Shown one piece after another: positions 1-14,289 of a DNA stretch of 64,000 bases. Origin of the DNA: Octopus sinensis (taxonomy: Eukaryota); the NCBI RefSeq assembly GCF_006345805.1, contig NW_021835469.1:5495-69494 (forward strand). The letters are read 5' to 3'. Made by a program: the position numbers and the translations under genes. A model generated the notes under the pieces. The model was given only the letters and a program-made list of their open reading frames with translations, ran no database searches and was not told the DNA's origin. The first letter of the stretch is position 1. Each line of letters starts with the position of its first letter.

Positions 1-1184
1 AATTTATTCCGCTTTACGCAGGAGTGATTACTCAAGATTAGATTCCTCACGTGACTCACCACGCGCGGAGAGATGTTCTTTATTTTTGGCTATTATGCCG
101 TATTGAAATGTCAATTGGCTTTTTGTTTGTCACTTCAAATAAACTTCAAAAAGTATGTAGTAATTCGACCTTTTGTAATGTTCTTTATTTCGTCCATCCC
201 TTTCGGCAATGTGTACATTCTTGCGCATATAGAATTAAAATAAGTAAGTGTTAGAAGAAATTAAGAAAATAACCCGTTTGAACGTTCATTGTATCGAACA
301 GGAACCTAGAGAATGTATAACTAAAAGAGAAGTTTCCATACGGTTTTTGCTAGTATGCGAAACAGTAAATGAAAACCTTTTATGGGACAGGCATTTATAA
401 TCGACATTTTGTTGTTTTAATATATTTTGAATTGGGACATTTATATTAAATATCTTGCACACTCCCGCGATCATTAACATTGTTAATATTAATTATCACC
501 TTTGATTTTTACTTAGATTTATGTTCTCATGGCAATGTTTGCTTCACAAGTATTATGTTTTTTTCATTTTATTCTGTCACAATTTTCGTTGTTTTCTCTT
601 CAATTATATATCCGCGTAAATCTACATACGCAAATGCTATGTATTATTACTCTTGTTTTTGATTTGTCTATTTTCGTTTTCAACGGATGACAGATAAAAC
701 ATACTTTACATTTATTCACTATTTGAAATATCCACATATCTAGCATTTTTAGAATATTTTTATCTTTTGATTCCTTAAAAGCGTACACTTATGATTCCGT
801 CATCCATATTTCATTATTTATAGAAGGATATCGCTTACAAAATGTTATGAGCCACTGCATTTAACCTTTGATAATAAACATTATTTCTATCAGCAATGAT
901 GAAAAACTACTGCTTAACAAGGTATCTTTGATTCGTACCTAAACGGATCAGCATTAATTTTATTTTCAATGCAGTATTACTGGCGTCCTTATTTATACGT
1001 AGAATGACGGTGCATATATTTACTGTCATTTTAAAATACATTATATATATCGTTCTAAAATATATTGCATAAGTTTATATACATAAATCTCGTTCAAACT
1101 GATATTATTCCTCTAAACATATTCGTGTTAAAGTATTCAAGAACGATAAATATTTCACAAAAATGAATATTCAATTGTTTATTA

Positions 1185-2064
1185 TGTTGTGTCTGGGGAG
1201 AGTCATTTTCTTTTTGTGCCTTATAATGTAACACTCACCGGTAAAATTTCCACTTATTTCTTATTTTTATTTTCTTCAAATTTTCGTTGCGTCATGCAAC
1301 TTTTTCAATAGTCTGTTATTTACACAGCGTTCGTGTTTGTTTGTTTGTGCCATTATGTGTGAGTCAGTGTGTGTGTGCCTATGCGTGCATGTATGTATGT
1401 ATGTATGTATGTATGTATATATGTATGCATGTGTGTGTATGTATATGTGTGTGTAGGCATATGTGTATATGTATGTATCTCTGTGCATATGTATTTATGT
1501 ATTCTTCATATTCATGTGTTTGCATGTACATGTTTGTGTACTTTTATGTATGTGTGTGAGCGTGTACTTGTATATGTATGCACCTCTGTCTCCTTGTGCG
1601 TGCATGTCTGTATGTGGGTGGGTGTGTGTTTGCAACTATGAACCATGTCTGTTTGTATGGATGCGCATCTCTATATGTGTGGAGTAACGTGTGGGTGTAT
1701 ATATGGTCATGTGTATCAGTCAACATTTGCGTATCTGTGCTTGTCTGTTCATATAACCTATGTACTTATCCGTCTATATGTTGATCTGTTTATTTTCATA
1801 TCTATATGATTACATACATGTGCACACACGCACATACCCACGCACGGACACATACATACATCTATCTACATAACAGCCCACTTACTATTCTACTTTACCT
1901 GTGTAAACCGTGGGTTTGGAGATATGATATCTACTATGTATATTTCCTATTTAGTACTATAAGGCACAAAAAGAAAATAACTCTTCCCAGACACAGCAGA
2001 ATATGCTTCGACACACGAACTCACAAATAATCTTGCAAACCAATTCCAAATATGAAATAATTAC
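1185..2064 (-). mobile_element. Penelope-like element 3' end/pseudo-LTR, 5'-truncated, with a ~105-bp inverted terminal segment
   Basis: 1185-1955 matches 20995-21758, which directly follows a GIY-YIG ORF. 1958-2064 is the reverse complement of the sequence seen at 1185-1225 and at ~20928-21035. Confidence 0.7.
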
Positions 2065-3794
2065 TTATTAGCTATTGTGAAATTATATATATATATATAT
2101 ATTTAAAAAAAGAAACAATTTGCCTACACGTTTCCATATATAGGTTGCTTGCTTTGCAGTAGGTACTCTGATAAATAAGAACATAAAAAAAATATTTTAC
2201 ACTTATTTGTTTTTATGTCTAAGCCAGAAACTAGAAATATAATATAAATAAATTCATATAAACCCGCTCTTGGTTTCTAATTCCTCTACAAAAAGTAGAA
2301 TGCAATTTAGTAATCAATCAAAAACAGTTATACTATTCACACACATCCAAATACATATTCAACCCCCCATACTTAGAATGGCAATCTTCAGCAGCCCGAA
2401 ACTCTTTCAAGTGCATTAACACGTAGTTAAAATACTGCATCGTTTCAAATTCATTTTCCTTTAGCTACTTCTCTGATTTGTTGCATTCGTAATTCCGTAA
2501 TACTAGATTAGCCCTCATCAAACATATCTATCATTGACGGATATGCAGCCACCTAATATAACCATTAACTTTGCAAACCAAAGCTTGTGTAGCTTGAGGA
2601 AAATTTGCTCCCAAATCCTGAAATTCAAGTGTTGATATAAGTGCATCTTCAAGAATATATGTTGAAAATGTATCTGTTATCCTGCCGGTGAAAATTGAAA
2701 TCACCAATTCCAAGCATACCTCTCTAGTTTAACCACATTGCCTCAAAGATTTTGTAACTTTTCAAAGGCTATGCGGCTCAAAATAGTGTCTGCCCATTGT
2801 GCCTCCATCTTCTAAGTAAGCAAATCAGATTCTCAGTTTAATCTTATAATGAGTTATACTATTTATCGTCTCCGTCTACTACATTTTTGTTTTTCTTGTT
2901 ATTTATAATATTATCATTGAGGTTGCTTTTTTGTATTTTTATCCGTAAAATATATTATCTCTTTGAATGTTAGATAAAGGATACAAAATAAGAATGAGAA
3001 CGTTTTACACATTTATTTACGATGCTTTCCTATATAATTATTTATAACTATGTCAACATTTATTTTATTTTGTCATTCGTAACCGTCAATAGTCTCTGCA
3101 CTTTGATCGTAACTATTCTCAATATTGGACCTTCCACTATAACCTTTTTATCGTGAAAGACTCAGCTAAATGGTAAATAATTACTTAGCATTAATCCAGG
3201 CATTCGTTTCCTACCGAAAGCTCTGAATTCTGAAAATAAACACTGTGATGCCATTGATGTTTTAGTCTCAATGTTATGGAATCTATTGATTTCTGTGTTA
3301 GATCTGATTACAACAGACCACCATAATGTGAATATATGTATTTTGCGTTTATGACAATATTTGTAAAATATTACATTTATTTATTAGCAAACATTTAGAA
3401 TGAATTTATTATTATGTTTTCTTCTCTATTTGCCTAAATCTGTTCTAAATGATACAAAATTCTGACGATTAATAATCCTCAATGTATTCCGTCGGAAACG
3501 TAGAACTGAAGTCGAGATTTTTCTTTTATTATAAATTTCTATTTGCTTTCGGATGACCACCAGATAGTGTAAACTTGAGGAACCTTTAAGAACATAGTTA
3601 CGGAATCTATGGGTGGAATGGAAATGTATTTATAATATATGCTGCTGATATGATTGCTTTCGTAGAATTATTGTTATATACACATTTCTAAATCTTCAAA
3701 ACAGTTTTTCGATCCAGATATAATGCTAATGTGTAACTACATATTCACTCATCTTGGAATGTTCATAAAATGATCTAGGAAAAATACGATTTCC

Positions 3795-4659
3795 GTACAA
3801 AATTACTTATAAAACCTATAAGGCTGACTATGGTGGAGATATGATAGTGCTGTGAAATCTTTCATACATTATTGTCAACGCTTCTTACTAATAACTGCAT
3901 TGTTTCACTCCGGTAACTGACATATGATTCCAGACAACAGACTTCACCAACAACAACTAGTAGCGATTTCTCTTAAAAGTGAACAGTATTTGTCACTGTG
4001 GTCTTATCAAATACCAGCAGAAAAAATGTTTAGCTTGTAAGACATTCATCCTGACATGGTTTCTACATCATGTGATACACACCAGCTTTATGAACAATTC
4101 AAATATGGGCAGTCTAATGTCAGAGAGATAGGGAGAGTCTTAAGGATGACGCAAGGTCTGGACATCCTTCAAATGGGCCACGCCATCGCCAGAGAGTACC
4201 ATGCCAGCATGTGGATGCAATTACGAAAGGCTATCAAGATAATAAGCCCCGGAGAACTGACGAAGGGGATCTTGCTTCATGATGACATTGCTTCATCATA
4301 CAAATCCTTGGTGTCAATGGGCGCTTTGAGTAACTGTATCTTTAATTCGGTTGATCACCGTCCATACTTTCCTTATTTCGCTCCATTTGACATAACATAT
4401 GTTCCCGAGAATGACAAAGAAACACTTGCCTGGGAAGCATATTGCAGTGATAATGAAGTTTTAAATGCAGCCGCTGACTTTTTGACCGACAGTATGAACG
4501 TTTCTTCCTCCTATCAGTCCAATGGTATCGGAGCAATGCAACATCGACGTAAAAAGTGCGTGGACCGAACGTTTGACTATGTTGAAAAATAAAACTCATT
4601 TGGTAACGTTTTATGGCAGTATCTTGGTCAACATATGACCGTTTCAGTCAAAACACGTA
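3795..4659 (+). mobile_element. Mariner transposon remnant (internally deleted, degenerate)
   Basis: ORF 4056-4592 reads REYHASMWMQLRKAIK..PGELTKGILLHDD..HRPYFPYFAPFD..KCVDRTFDYVEK, a mariner catalytic C-terminus. Degenerate TIR-like ends at ~3810 (ataaggctgactatgg) and ~4625-4659 (ending cacgta). Confidence 0.85.
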
Positions 4660-6976
4660 AGTAATCGATTAAAATTAAAACGTTTGCTTACATTGTGTAT
4701 ATGTGTCAATTATACAATTAATCTCGGAAAAAGTCGATCAAACAAAATATTAATATGATATAGTTCACACATTCGATGCTCAGCATGCCATATACATAAG
4801 AGCAGTAGCAATTTGATGGAATGATAACAGAAATATGAACGATGGTGTAGAATAAAAGTACTTTTGTGGAAGAATGTCTTCGGAATATCCGGTTCACGCA
4901 ATGTACTGCATGATTTGTAAAGCTTAATAGTTGCAGAAGCTGCAGGTTCAAGCACAGTGGATTGTCAATCGTCGTTTGTAAATTTACGAAACCAAACATG
5001 ATATCATAAAATACATGAAAATTGGCGTATTAAACGTAAACATTTAGATCGGCAGTGAAAGTAGGAAATATGCACTATAAGCATCCTTTTGTAATGTGGA
5101 AAACGTTACTGGAGATGAAATTTGACTACCAATTTAGTGGATTAGTTAATGACGCTTAAAAGCTCAGGTTGCATATAACAATATAGGGTTTTGTTTTGCA
5201 ATCACTTTACTGAATTATAGTGAACAGACATAATCTCTTTTCAAGCACGACCAACAAAAACAATGCCGGACTAACTACTGTTACATGTTACATGCACTTG
5301 TCGCATCAGCATCGTATTTAGACAATATAAAAGAGAAATCTTATTTCGAGATCTGATCATTACATACTTTGGCGTCCAATCAGAACAGTATAAATTCAAA
5401 CTGAAAACTGTTATATATCTGGATTTTCAGCTTGAAGTCCTAATGTAAACATGCCAATTTAGCACAAGTTCTATGAGCATTATATGACACATACTTATGG
5501 AATTATGGGAAAAGTGAACTTCTGATTTGCACTATAGCAGCAATGAAATTTGAACGATTTGCTGATTGATGTAAAAGATTAAATAATAGGAATGGAAAGC
5601 AGTAAGCACAAAACTTTTTATTCTATGAAATTATGGGAATGGAGGAAATGAATACCCTTCAGTTTTCACAAGTCAAAGCTGTACATTAAATCACATACGT
5701 ATTTCGAGTTGTCAAACTTAGTCACATAAAGTTACAGATATTTTGTATATCGGAATTTCTTTGTAGAAAAATGAATATAAAGTTTCTGATTGCTAGCTGG
5801 GCAGTATTCCGCTGAAAATCTATAATTTTCGGCGTTTGTATGATAAACCTCCAATACTTTACGCTATGATGATTATCGTTCTCAAATAAATGTTATACGG
5901 CTGCGTTTCTACATTCTGTGTCTACTGCTCAATAAAGCACTGCCCCAAAAGTATATATATATGCATTATCTAAATTCGAGTCCTGAGAGTGAACTTACCT
6001 TAACCGCCGTTATCAATTTAGTTATATTATGTTTTGTTCTCTACTCTAAATATATTTCTTGTGGCATATTTTCAACTCATCAGAAGTTACACTCTTTCTG
6101 TTAACTGGGTCAATTTGTGTAGTAGATTCTCATTGACTGAACGTAACTTTACGCATATTATTATACATAAATGTCCGATAGTGTAATTTATAAGCTGGTT
6201 CTCATTGACATATAAACTATTCTTCTCATATATTTAGCTTGGTCTGCTTTAGAAACTTTAGACGTCGCTTTATGTATTTAATCATACCCAGAAAAATATC
6301 CTTCTTAATAGGAAAACTCAGCAACTTCGATGCGCACGAGCAGTGCTTCAACTTCTAATGAAGCTTTCAACATTTCCAGCTTATGACGCTGTAAATTAAA
6401 CCCGAGTTTGTACAAGATATCGTTGGCAAATATAAATTTATATGTTTTGATAGAAGAGTCCACGGAATAAACATTAACAAGCATTCTAAAATAGTATGGC
6501 CACAGTATATTTTAATTATTTAATATTATCTTTTCTTATTATACCAAAACTCAGAGTAGACAGTGAAATATTGATAAAATAAAAATATCTAAGCGTTCTA
6601 TGCAACGTATTAAATTCTGTGTAATATAATGTTTGCGCTACAAAAGTTAATTGTTCAATATTTTACACAACATTTAGTACTATATATATGTAAATAAATT
6701 AGAAAGGTTAGTAGGTTTCACGCGACTAAATTTATTTGGGAATCAAATAGAAAATAAACAGAGAATGGCTTTAAGAATTTATAACGAGAACGTATTTAAA
6801 TTTCTTTTCAAAATATACTAGTTTCAAGCAATTTTAGCAAGTTTTCTTCATATTGTTAGAGAAGGACATATGCAGTGAAATAAAATAAACTTCCAAGAAG
6901 TTCCGGAAGTTTACATGATTTGCTCCCAACATACGCATGGTGACAGTAGTTGGTTTCCTGCAGAATTCAGCTTGGG

Positions 6977-6977
<1 letters not shown>

Positions 6978-7030
<53 letters not shown>

Positions 7031-7043
7031 CAGCAGCAGTAGT
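6978..7043. repeat. (AGT)n/(AGC)n microsatellite
   Basis: Seen directly in the sequence. Confidence 0.95.
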
Positions 7044-8289
7044 ATTAGCCGCAACAGCAGCAGCAACATTTCTTGCAGTTGTTCTTTACTGGTAAGGAAG
7101 GCGGCGAGTTGTCAGAGTCATTATCATGCTTAAAATATGCTAAGCGGCATTTCTTCTGTCTTCGCCTTATGATTTCAAATTCCGCCATTACATAAAGATG
7201 CAAACAGGTTTTATGGTAGGTAAGTAAAAAGCGCTTAAATATCTGATCTTTTTGAAAACAGCTACGAGATTTCTTTTTCATGCTAATATTATATAACATT
7301 TTCAAATGACTCTTTACTTCATATTTTGATATGTTTTTCCATTTTACACTTTAGCGTTATTCAATCATTCACATTTACTTCAATATAAGTTTAATCAGAG
7401 AGCGTGAATGTTATAAATTCTAAATTTGAAATACTTCTCAAATATATTTTCCTACCTATTATTGAAGCTCGAATGCATTTCATGTGAATACAGTTTTATT
7501 TGATCGACTTTCGTTCGCCTATTCCTGTAGTTATAAATAATTAATATTTATACGGTGTATTAGGTATCAAAGAATATTTTTTACCCATCATTTTCCCTCT
7601 ATCAACGTCTACGTATATAAAGTTGATTAGTTATTATATGTAACTTTTACGTTTAATCGTGATTTTGATTTTGTGTGACTACTTTAGAGAATAACTCAGT
7701 TATGTAAATTTTACAGAAAGCGGCATTAAAGATTATTTTATTATACGTTGTTTAACCAATGCTATGCTCTCCTTTCCGTCTAGGACGAAGAATCTTGATA
7801 CTACTACGGTTCTGACGTTCATTCATTTTCTTTACTTGCATGTCTTTCATTTAAGCTATTGTTCTGTATGCAAAATTTCGACATGTTATTATGTTTTACG
7901 ATGTGATCTCAAAATATATTTTAATGTTTTGATAATTTTAAATAGCTTTATCCATATACGTTGTCGAACAACAAAGAAAATCAGTAGCTGCTAAATTATC
8001 CTTTTTAGAAATAGTGTTCTGCCTTTGTATAGCATGTTACATTTGTAACAATTAAGTAAATTTGCACAGTACCTATGTGTAGAAGAAAAAATAACAAAGA
8101 AATACAGTACATAAGAGTCTCTGTCATAGCTACAAAGGTTTTCAGCAAATAACATTAGAAAGTACCGAACGGATTTTCCTGTTAATGGTTCAGATTAATG
8201 CCAATGGCTCAGATTCATACATATGTACTTTGGGTTGTCAGAAAAATTATTTAGCTTTATTTGCTATTATTCATTTTAAATCCTTATTT

Positions 8290-9505
8290 TTCATTAATAA
8301 TTTTAACAAATTAGTCAATAATATATTCGTATTTCTCGTTCATGATTTTTTCAAAGTTTAATTTGGTTATCATTGCCATTCCCCTATAAATCACTGGCTC
8401 TCGATTTGATGAAATCGTCGATTAACAATCTTATCTCTACATCATTGTTGAACGAAACCTCTCGGTGTCAGTTGGAAATTGACCGCAAAAGGTAATAATC
8501 TGAAGCCAGTATGCGAGGATAAATCATTGGGCGTCGTAGAGTCTCTTAAAGGAGGCTCCGGAGTAACACATTTGATCAAATAAGCAACAAGGGAGTGGAG
8601 AGCATTCCTTTGTTGGAGAAACATAGTGTGTTGCTCGTTGAGTCGTTTCAGTTTGATTGTTTCTCTGACCATTGATAGTCGTATAGATCTGCAGTGATCA
8701 TGACTTTGTTTCTATGTATTTGATGATAAAGTAGCACATCCCAGTTCCACAAAAGGAAAATTATATATATTTGTCCTGTATGAATGCTACTCTGGCATAA
8801 TTCCAGATGTTGCTTTGCATATTAGAACATTCTGTGCTCTGATTATTATTGATATAACGGTACCATTTCTTATTACTAATGAGATCGTTGGAAAAAGATA
8901 TCCGTATTCCCGAATAACATCGTAAAAAGTGAGCTAAATAATGGTATTGTAGCAGTGGAATTTGGATAGAGCTTGTGGGCGCCATGCACCGAGTTCTTGG
9001 ATCCTAGCCATCAAATGAATGTAACGGACGACGGTATCATATGAGCTTCTCAACAGTTCGGACATTTTCCCAGCGATTTGCCGTGTATTCTCGTGAGATC
9101 ATGTATAAAGACCTTCGTTTAATTGAACAGGTCCGATGGAGCACGGTGAGTTTGTGAGGTCGCGTTTTCCCACGTGGAATCGTGAAAAATCTTTACTGCT
9201 CAGTTCTTTCAGCAATAACCAGTTCTCCGTACATAGTACATATGTTTTAAGCGGTTTTCGCAGCCCTCTAAACTATGGAAACTGAACAGAAGCAAATGCT
9301 GTAAATGCATTCTTTTTGTACTTGACACTCGATCGTCATATGCCTGAAGAAAGTGGACTATACAGTTCGAATTTGAAAAACATTAAGCAAAGTTGTAGAA
9401 GAATGATAAACAAAAACCATAACACACAATGACAAACATATGCTCGTTCGTGTTAAATCAAATGACATTGTGCAGAAAGGATTGACTTTATCTGTCAGGC
9501 TAATA
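8290..9505 (-). mobile_element. Degenerate Mariner transposase remnant
   Basis: Minus-strand translation across frameshifts gives ECQVQK..HLLLF (N-terminus), SSYDTVVRYIHLMARIQELGAWRPQAL (WVPHEL linker), SNKKWYRY (GDEKW region) and DDFIKSRASDLYRGM (C-terminus). Confidence 0.7.
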
Positions 9506-11228
9506 TTTTTTTACGTTGAATACTTTTTTCTCGTTATCGGATTTGACAAATTAGCTTAATTAGAAATGTCACATATGAACATGCTTTCCATTTAGTTTTT
9601 ACATTGGAAACACATCTAGAGGGACAATATACAATACACTTTGGAGATGAACAAATATTTTGAAAGGAGTGTAATATATCAATATGCATCAGTGTGGGTG
9701 TTTTACGGAGGTGATTCGCAAATATAATAATAGTAGTACATAATATTTATGTTTTCCCACAGCCATTCCTACATCAAAAATAATTATATATATTTGACCA
9801 CACTTTATCTAGTAAAAATACCCACTTCCTCACGAAAATAAACAGAATTACATAATACATCAGATCGTAATTCCGCCGTATCGTGGTGAACCACCACAGT
9901 CTAATGCGCAATTATGACAGATGCTTCAAGTTATTGAGATCTTTTTTGAGTAGATTAAACATAGCTGTTTATCATACAGCTAATAGTGCTAAACATCTAT
10001 ATGTGTTTGAGATCAATTTCGTCTACCTTTAAGTAAAATACTAACTTCATTCGTCCAAATGTTTGAAAAGAAATAATATAATTTTAGAAAAACTTAATAG
10101 TATAGTAAACTTTTAAAATTTAGACATACTTATGTCTGCAAAATATTTTGTCTCACACTACCGTACCTTTTGGGAATTATTATACTTGGTTCGATTATTC
10201 ATATGATTATTATTATTATCGTCCGTTTTCTCTCTCAAGACGCGTTTGAATTTTAACGTTTCGAAAAGAATGAGTTTACAATTACTCAGTGGTTCAGAAT
10301 AAAGCAATAGATGATCTTAACATGTATGGCCGAAACTTTGCGTGTATTTGTTTATGTCAGTGGTATCACAACGGTTCCGCTTACAATAGACACGTGATTT
10401 GACTCCCGTATGTTACTTACTACCATAATCCCCCATTTATTTTATTTTTCTTCACCCGATACGTTACGGCAACTTATTCATAGCTCCATATGCATTTCAA
10501 AACATTCTTACTTTTATTTTGAAGTATCTCAAATCCCCAGAAGAAAGAAAATAAATCTATTCTTTCTCGTTTCCGTTTGTTCCATTATAGTTCTTCCTTT
10601 GGACGTTTCTATATTGTCACTTCTATTATAGGAGGCTCTTACATCATTGTCTGTATAAGTATCTCGATTTATTACCGAATATAGTATATTTTTAACCCGA
10701 AGATTGAGGAACATAATTTTACATCTTGCATTTGAACATTTCCTGCATGCATAATTAATGTCCGATATTTCAATGATTTTACTACGCCAACACACTTCCT
10801 AACTTGTTCCATAGCAGCTCCTATAACCGACGTTTCCTTGAAATTTGTTATATATTTTTGCCTTTGTAGCTGTACTGCAGCTCCATATTCAACAAAACCG
10901 TGTTTGAAGTATGTGTCATTTTATAGTTAATCTTATTGTCAAAATAATAATTACACATCATTTTACGAATCATTATTTAAAGTTGTATGCACATGTGTCT
11001 AATATACGGTTGATATCAATGCATGAAACAAATAAAAAATATATTTCATTCTCTTCTTGGTCCTATATTGTCTATAACGTGAAATTGCGTATTTTCATGC
11101 TGCGCAAGTATCACAACTCTCTATCTTGTAGTAGAGGTGCCATTTAATTGAGGTAGCTGATTTTTGTTTGATATTTATGGTCCAAGAGTTTACTTACTTT
11201 ATACATTATGGACAGATATGTATAGCTT

Positions 11229-11640
<412 letters not shown>

Positions 11641-12184
11641 ATGTTATGAATATGCGGTCATCCGCTCTGCAATGTCTCTGGAATGTTCCATGGTATTTTA
11701 TGAATATTAATTAAAGTTGCATTTGCATTTCAACATCTTAACGTCTAACAAATAAACCGTGCACACAAATTAATAATTCAAAATGTCATCCACTCAACGT
11801 GGAAGTATTAAAGGACATTTTACAGCGCCGATATTGGTCCTATGATGGAGAGCACTACATAATGAATTAGGCATGTGAAAGGTTTCTTCTGAGTAGCTGC
11901 TTCGCCTTCTGAGATTAGATGAAAAGTGCATCAAGAACTTCGTGTCACGGGTAAAACTGACATTGTTTGATCCGGATCATGCCAGTTTCCTAAATCAGGG
12001 TCAGTTTCGGGTTCGTCACCTTGATCGAGACACAAATAAACAATTCATGCAGTGATAACGCGCCACCTTACATTGCACAAAGAAAGGCTAAGCCAGTTTC
12101 ATGTACAGGGATTTATGTAAATCTACAGGAATTATGTACATTATTTGCATTTGACGGACATTTCTCCTCATCTTGTTTGTTGTT

Positions 12185-12230
12185 AACACAACGTTTAGGC
12201 TGATATACCCTTCAGCCTTCATCAGGTGTC
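12185..12230 (-). ncRNA. Minimal type-I hammerhead ribozyme motif (G12 lost)
   Basis: Minus strand reads gacac-CTGATGA-a-ggctg(aagggtatat)cagcc-TAAA-CG-TT-gtgtt. Confidence 0.65.
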
Positions 12231-12318
12231 TTGGGGAACTTTCGAACCGGAAGAGCGAGGGCTACTAACACCAAGATTCCGAGTTCAATTCCAAGCAGTG
12301 ACCTGAATAGTAGTAGTA

Positions 12319-12398
<80 letters not shown>

Positions 12399-12515
12399 AA
12401 GAAGAAGAAGAAGAAGAAGAAGAAGAAGAAGAAGAAGAAGAAGAAGAATATAAACAACAACAGCAACATCGAAACATACCTTAGGAATTAGGACTCAGGT
12501 TCGAAATTTCCCCAA

Positions 12516-12561
12516 GACACATAATGAAGGCTGAAGGGTATTTCAGCCGAAAAGTTGTGTT
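12516..12561 (+). ncRNA. Minimal type-I hammerhead ribozyme motif (core decayed)
   Basis: Plus strand reads gacac-ATAATGA-a-ggctg(aagggtattt)cagcc-GAAA-AG-TT-gtgtt. Confidence 0.55.
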
Positions 12562-14289
12562 AACAACAAACAAGATGAGGAGAAATATACGTCAAATGTA
12601 AATAATGTACAGGGAAGATAGTCTCAGTTTTTTGAGATGCGAAAGGAATTGTATTAATTGATTTTCTTCAAAAGTATCACACCATCAATGCAGAGTATCA
12701 CGCCAACTTGCTGAGACAATTTCGGTCGTCTATCAAGAAGAAACGCCCAGGAACACTGTCAAAAGTTGTCTCGTTTCATCGGGATAATGTTCCAGCACAC
12801 AAGTTCTTCATTTTAATAGCTGCCGTGCTTGAATGTGGTTTGATTTTTCCCCATCCCGTTGTCATATATTCCCCTACATAAAAAATGTCTTGGCTATGAA
12901 CCAGTAACGTGACATGATGACGTCACATTTGCAGTTGATAAGTTTTTTGAACAACGGTATGAATTCGTCTTAACCATTGGGATTGAAGCATTGAAAAAGT
13001 GCGTGGAGCTTAAGGAAGACTATGTTGAAAAAACCTCATTTAGTGAAATTCACTGAAATTACGATTTATCCTGCCGACCTTCGTATTAGATAGAATTTCC
13101 CAAGTTACAAAATGAAACTTAAATAATATATTTTTGAAAAGCTTTTAAATATTTCACTTTTAACATTTTCCGAGCCTAGACAAAATTATTCGGATTTTAT
13201 TTCGCATTTTCATATTTATCATTACTCTATGCGACTTTCAAAACCCACTGATATTAATGAGATCAGTCCGTCATATTAAATCATGTCAGCCTAACTGTCA
13301 GTAGCTTGGAAGTAACGAGAATCATTTAATTATTATAATATCACCCAGTCGATATAAAACTAATTAAATTGGTTATAATTTATTTCCATCAAAGGAACTA
13401 TTCACTGAAGGGGACTTAATTGCTTTTTCTGTAAGATATGTTCAATATATTTTAAAGTTGTTTACTCGTAGTATTCATATGGAAATGAGTTTTATGATTA
13501 GTAGATCTGATACCTGCACGTTGCCCCTGCTATGCATGATTGGAAATCTAAGTGGCTATTTGTGTGATAAGAAACGGAACATTCACGCAGCTTTACTTTA
13601 TATGAACTTATTGAGAGCACCTACTTTCGGCTGAATGGGCGTAATAATATCCCAGTTTTCGCCTGGCATATTTTATACACTATAGTTCATTAGTTTGATA
13701 CGAGACATATATTAATTCATATTGAAGGAAGATCGTTATTGGAGTGAAAATGTTGAGATCCAACACAATATTCCTTTAGATTTAGTCAATTATTCTTTGT
13801 TCAGCTGTAATATATTTTTGGTAATGTTGTCTTTGTTACCGACAGTTCAATTTTAATCGGTAATTCTTTTAAGGAAAGGCATTACAGCCATGATGATAAA
13901 TCATTTTTAATTCCATCATCGCGTGTTATTGAGGAGATTATTGAATGTGTTCATTAAGATAGGAGAGAGTGTTTAGAATATATATTTGCTGTCTCTAGCA
14001 TGATAAAGGTGTTCATATTTGTCACATCTTTAGCTTGATAATAATTACTTTGCGTAATGGAAACGCGATATTCTTGTATACACTTAAAATTAAACAGCAT
14101 GGAAATAATACATTCCTGTTTTCCCCAAATACACAATTATACTAACGTTACTGCTTATTGCAATGTTTACACCAAAGTATTAATGTTAATTATGATGAAT
14201 ATTCAAACATTTTTACGTAAATTTTTTTAATTTTCTTTGACTGATATACAGATGTCCAACAAAAATGCTCGATTTACAAATTTAATTAT

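Larger units (their letters stand above)
12112..12604. mobile_element. Non-coding inverted-arm element (~115-bp arms) enclosing a compound (AGT)(AAT)(AAG) microsatellite; probable PLE-derived
   Basis: 12133-12247 is the reverse complement of ~12498-12610. The 11-bp direct repeat ATGTACAGGGA occurs at 12101-12111 and 12605-12615. Each arm carries a hammerhead motif. Confidence 0.8.
11750..13085 (+). mobile_element. Mariner remnant (same family as 3795-4659), split by the insertion at 12112-12604
   Basis: Left part reads LHNELGM*KVSSE*LLRLL..KKAKPVSCT. Right part resumes GKIVSVF*DAKGIVLIDFLQKYHTINAEYHANLLRQ..KKKRPG..FHRDNVPAHK..DYVEK. Confidence 0.8.

Noticed and set aside
1276-1784. Many 60-100-aa ORFs rich in YIYI, CVCV, HTHT, poly-S, poly-N or poly-I, here and throughout the window
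   Set aside because: They are translations of microsatellites that lack stop codons and have no domain content.
1185-2064. MITE interpretation of the inverted ends
   Set aside because: The second copy continues into a GIY-YIG ORF and the arms are asymmetric, so a Penelope origin fits better.
2531-2740. Minus-strand IGDFNFH, resembling an APE endonuclease motif
   Set aside because: It is a single short motif among stops, and no other EN motifs were found.
3455-3508. CTGACGA...GAAACGTA hammerhead-like spacing
   Set aside because: There is no helix II between the core halves and helix I is poor. The CTGACG simply pairs with the downstream CGTCGG.
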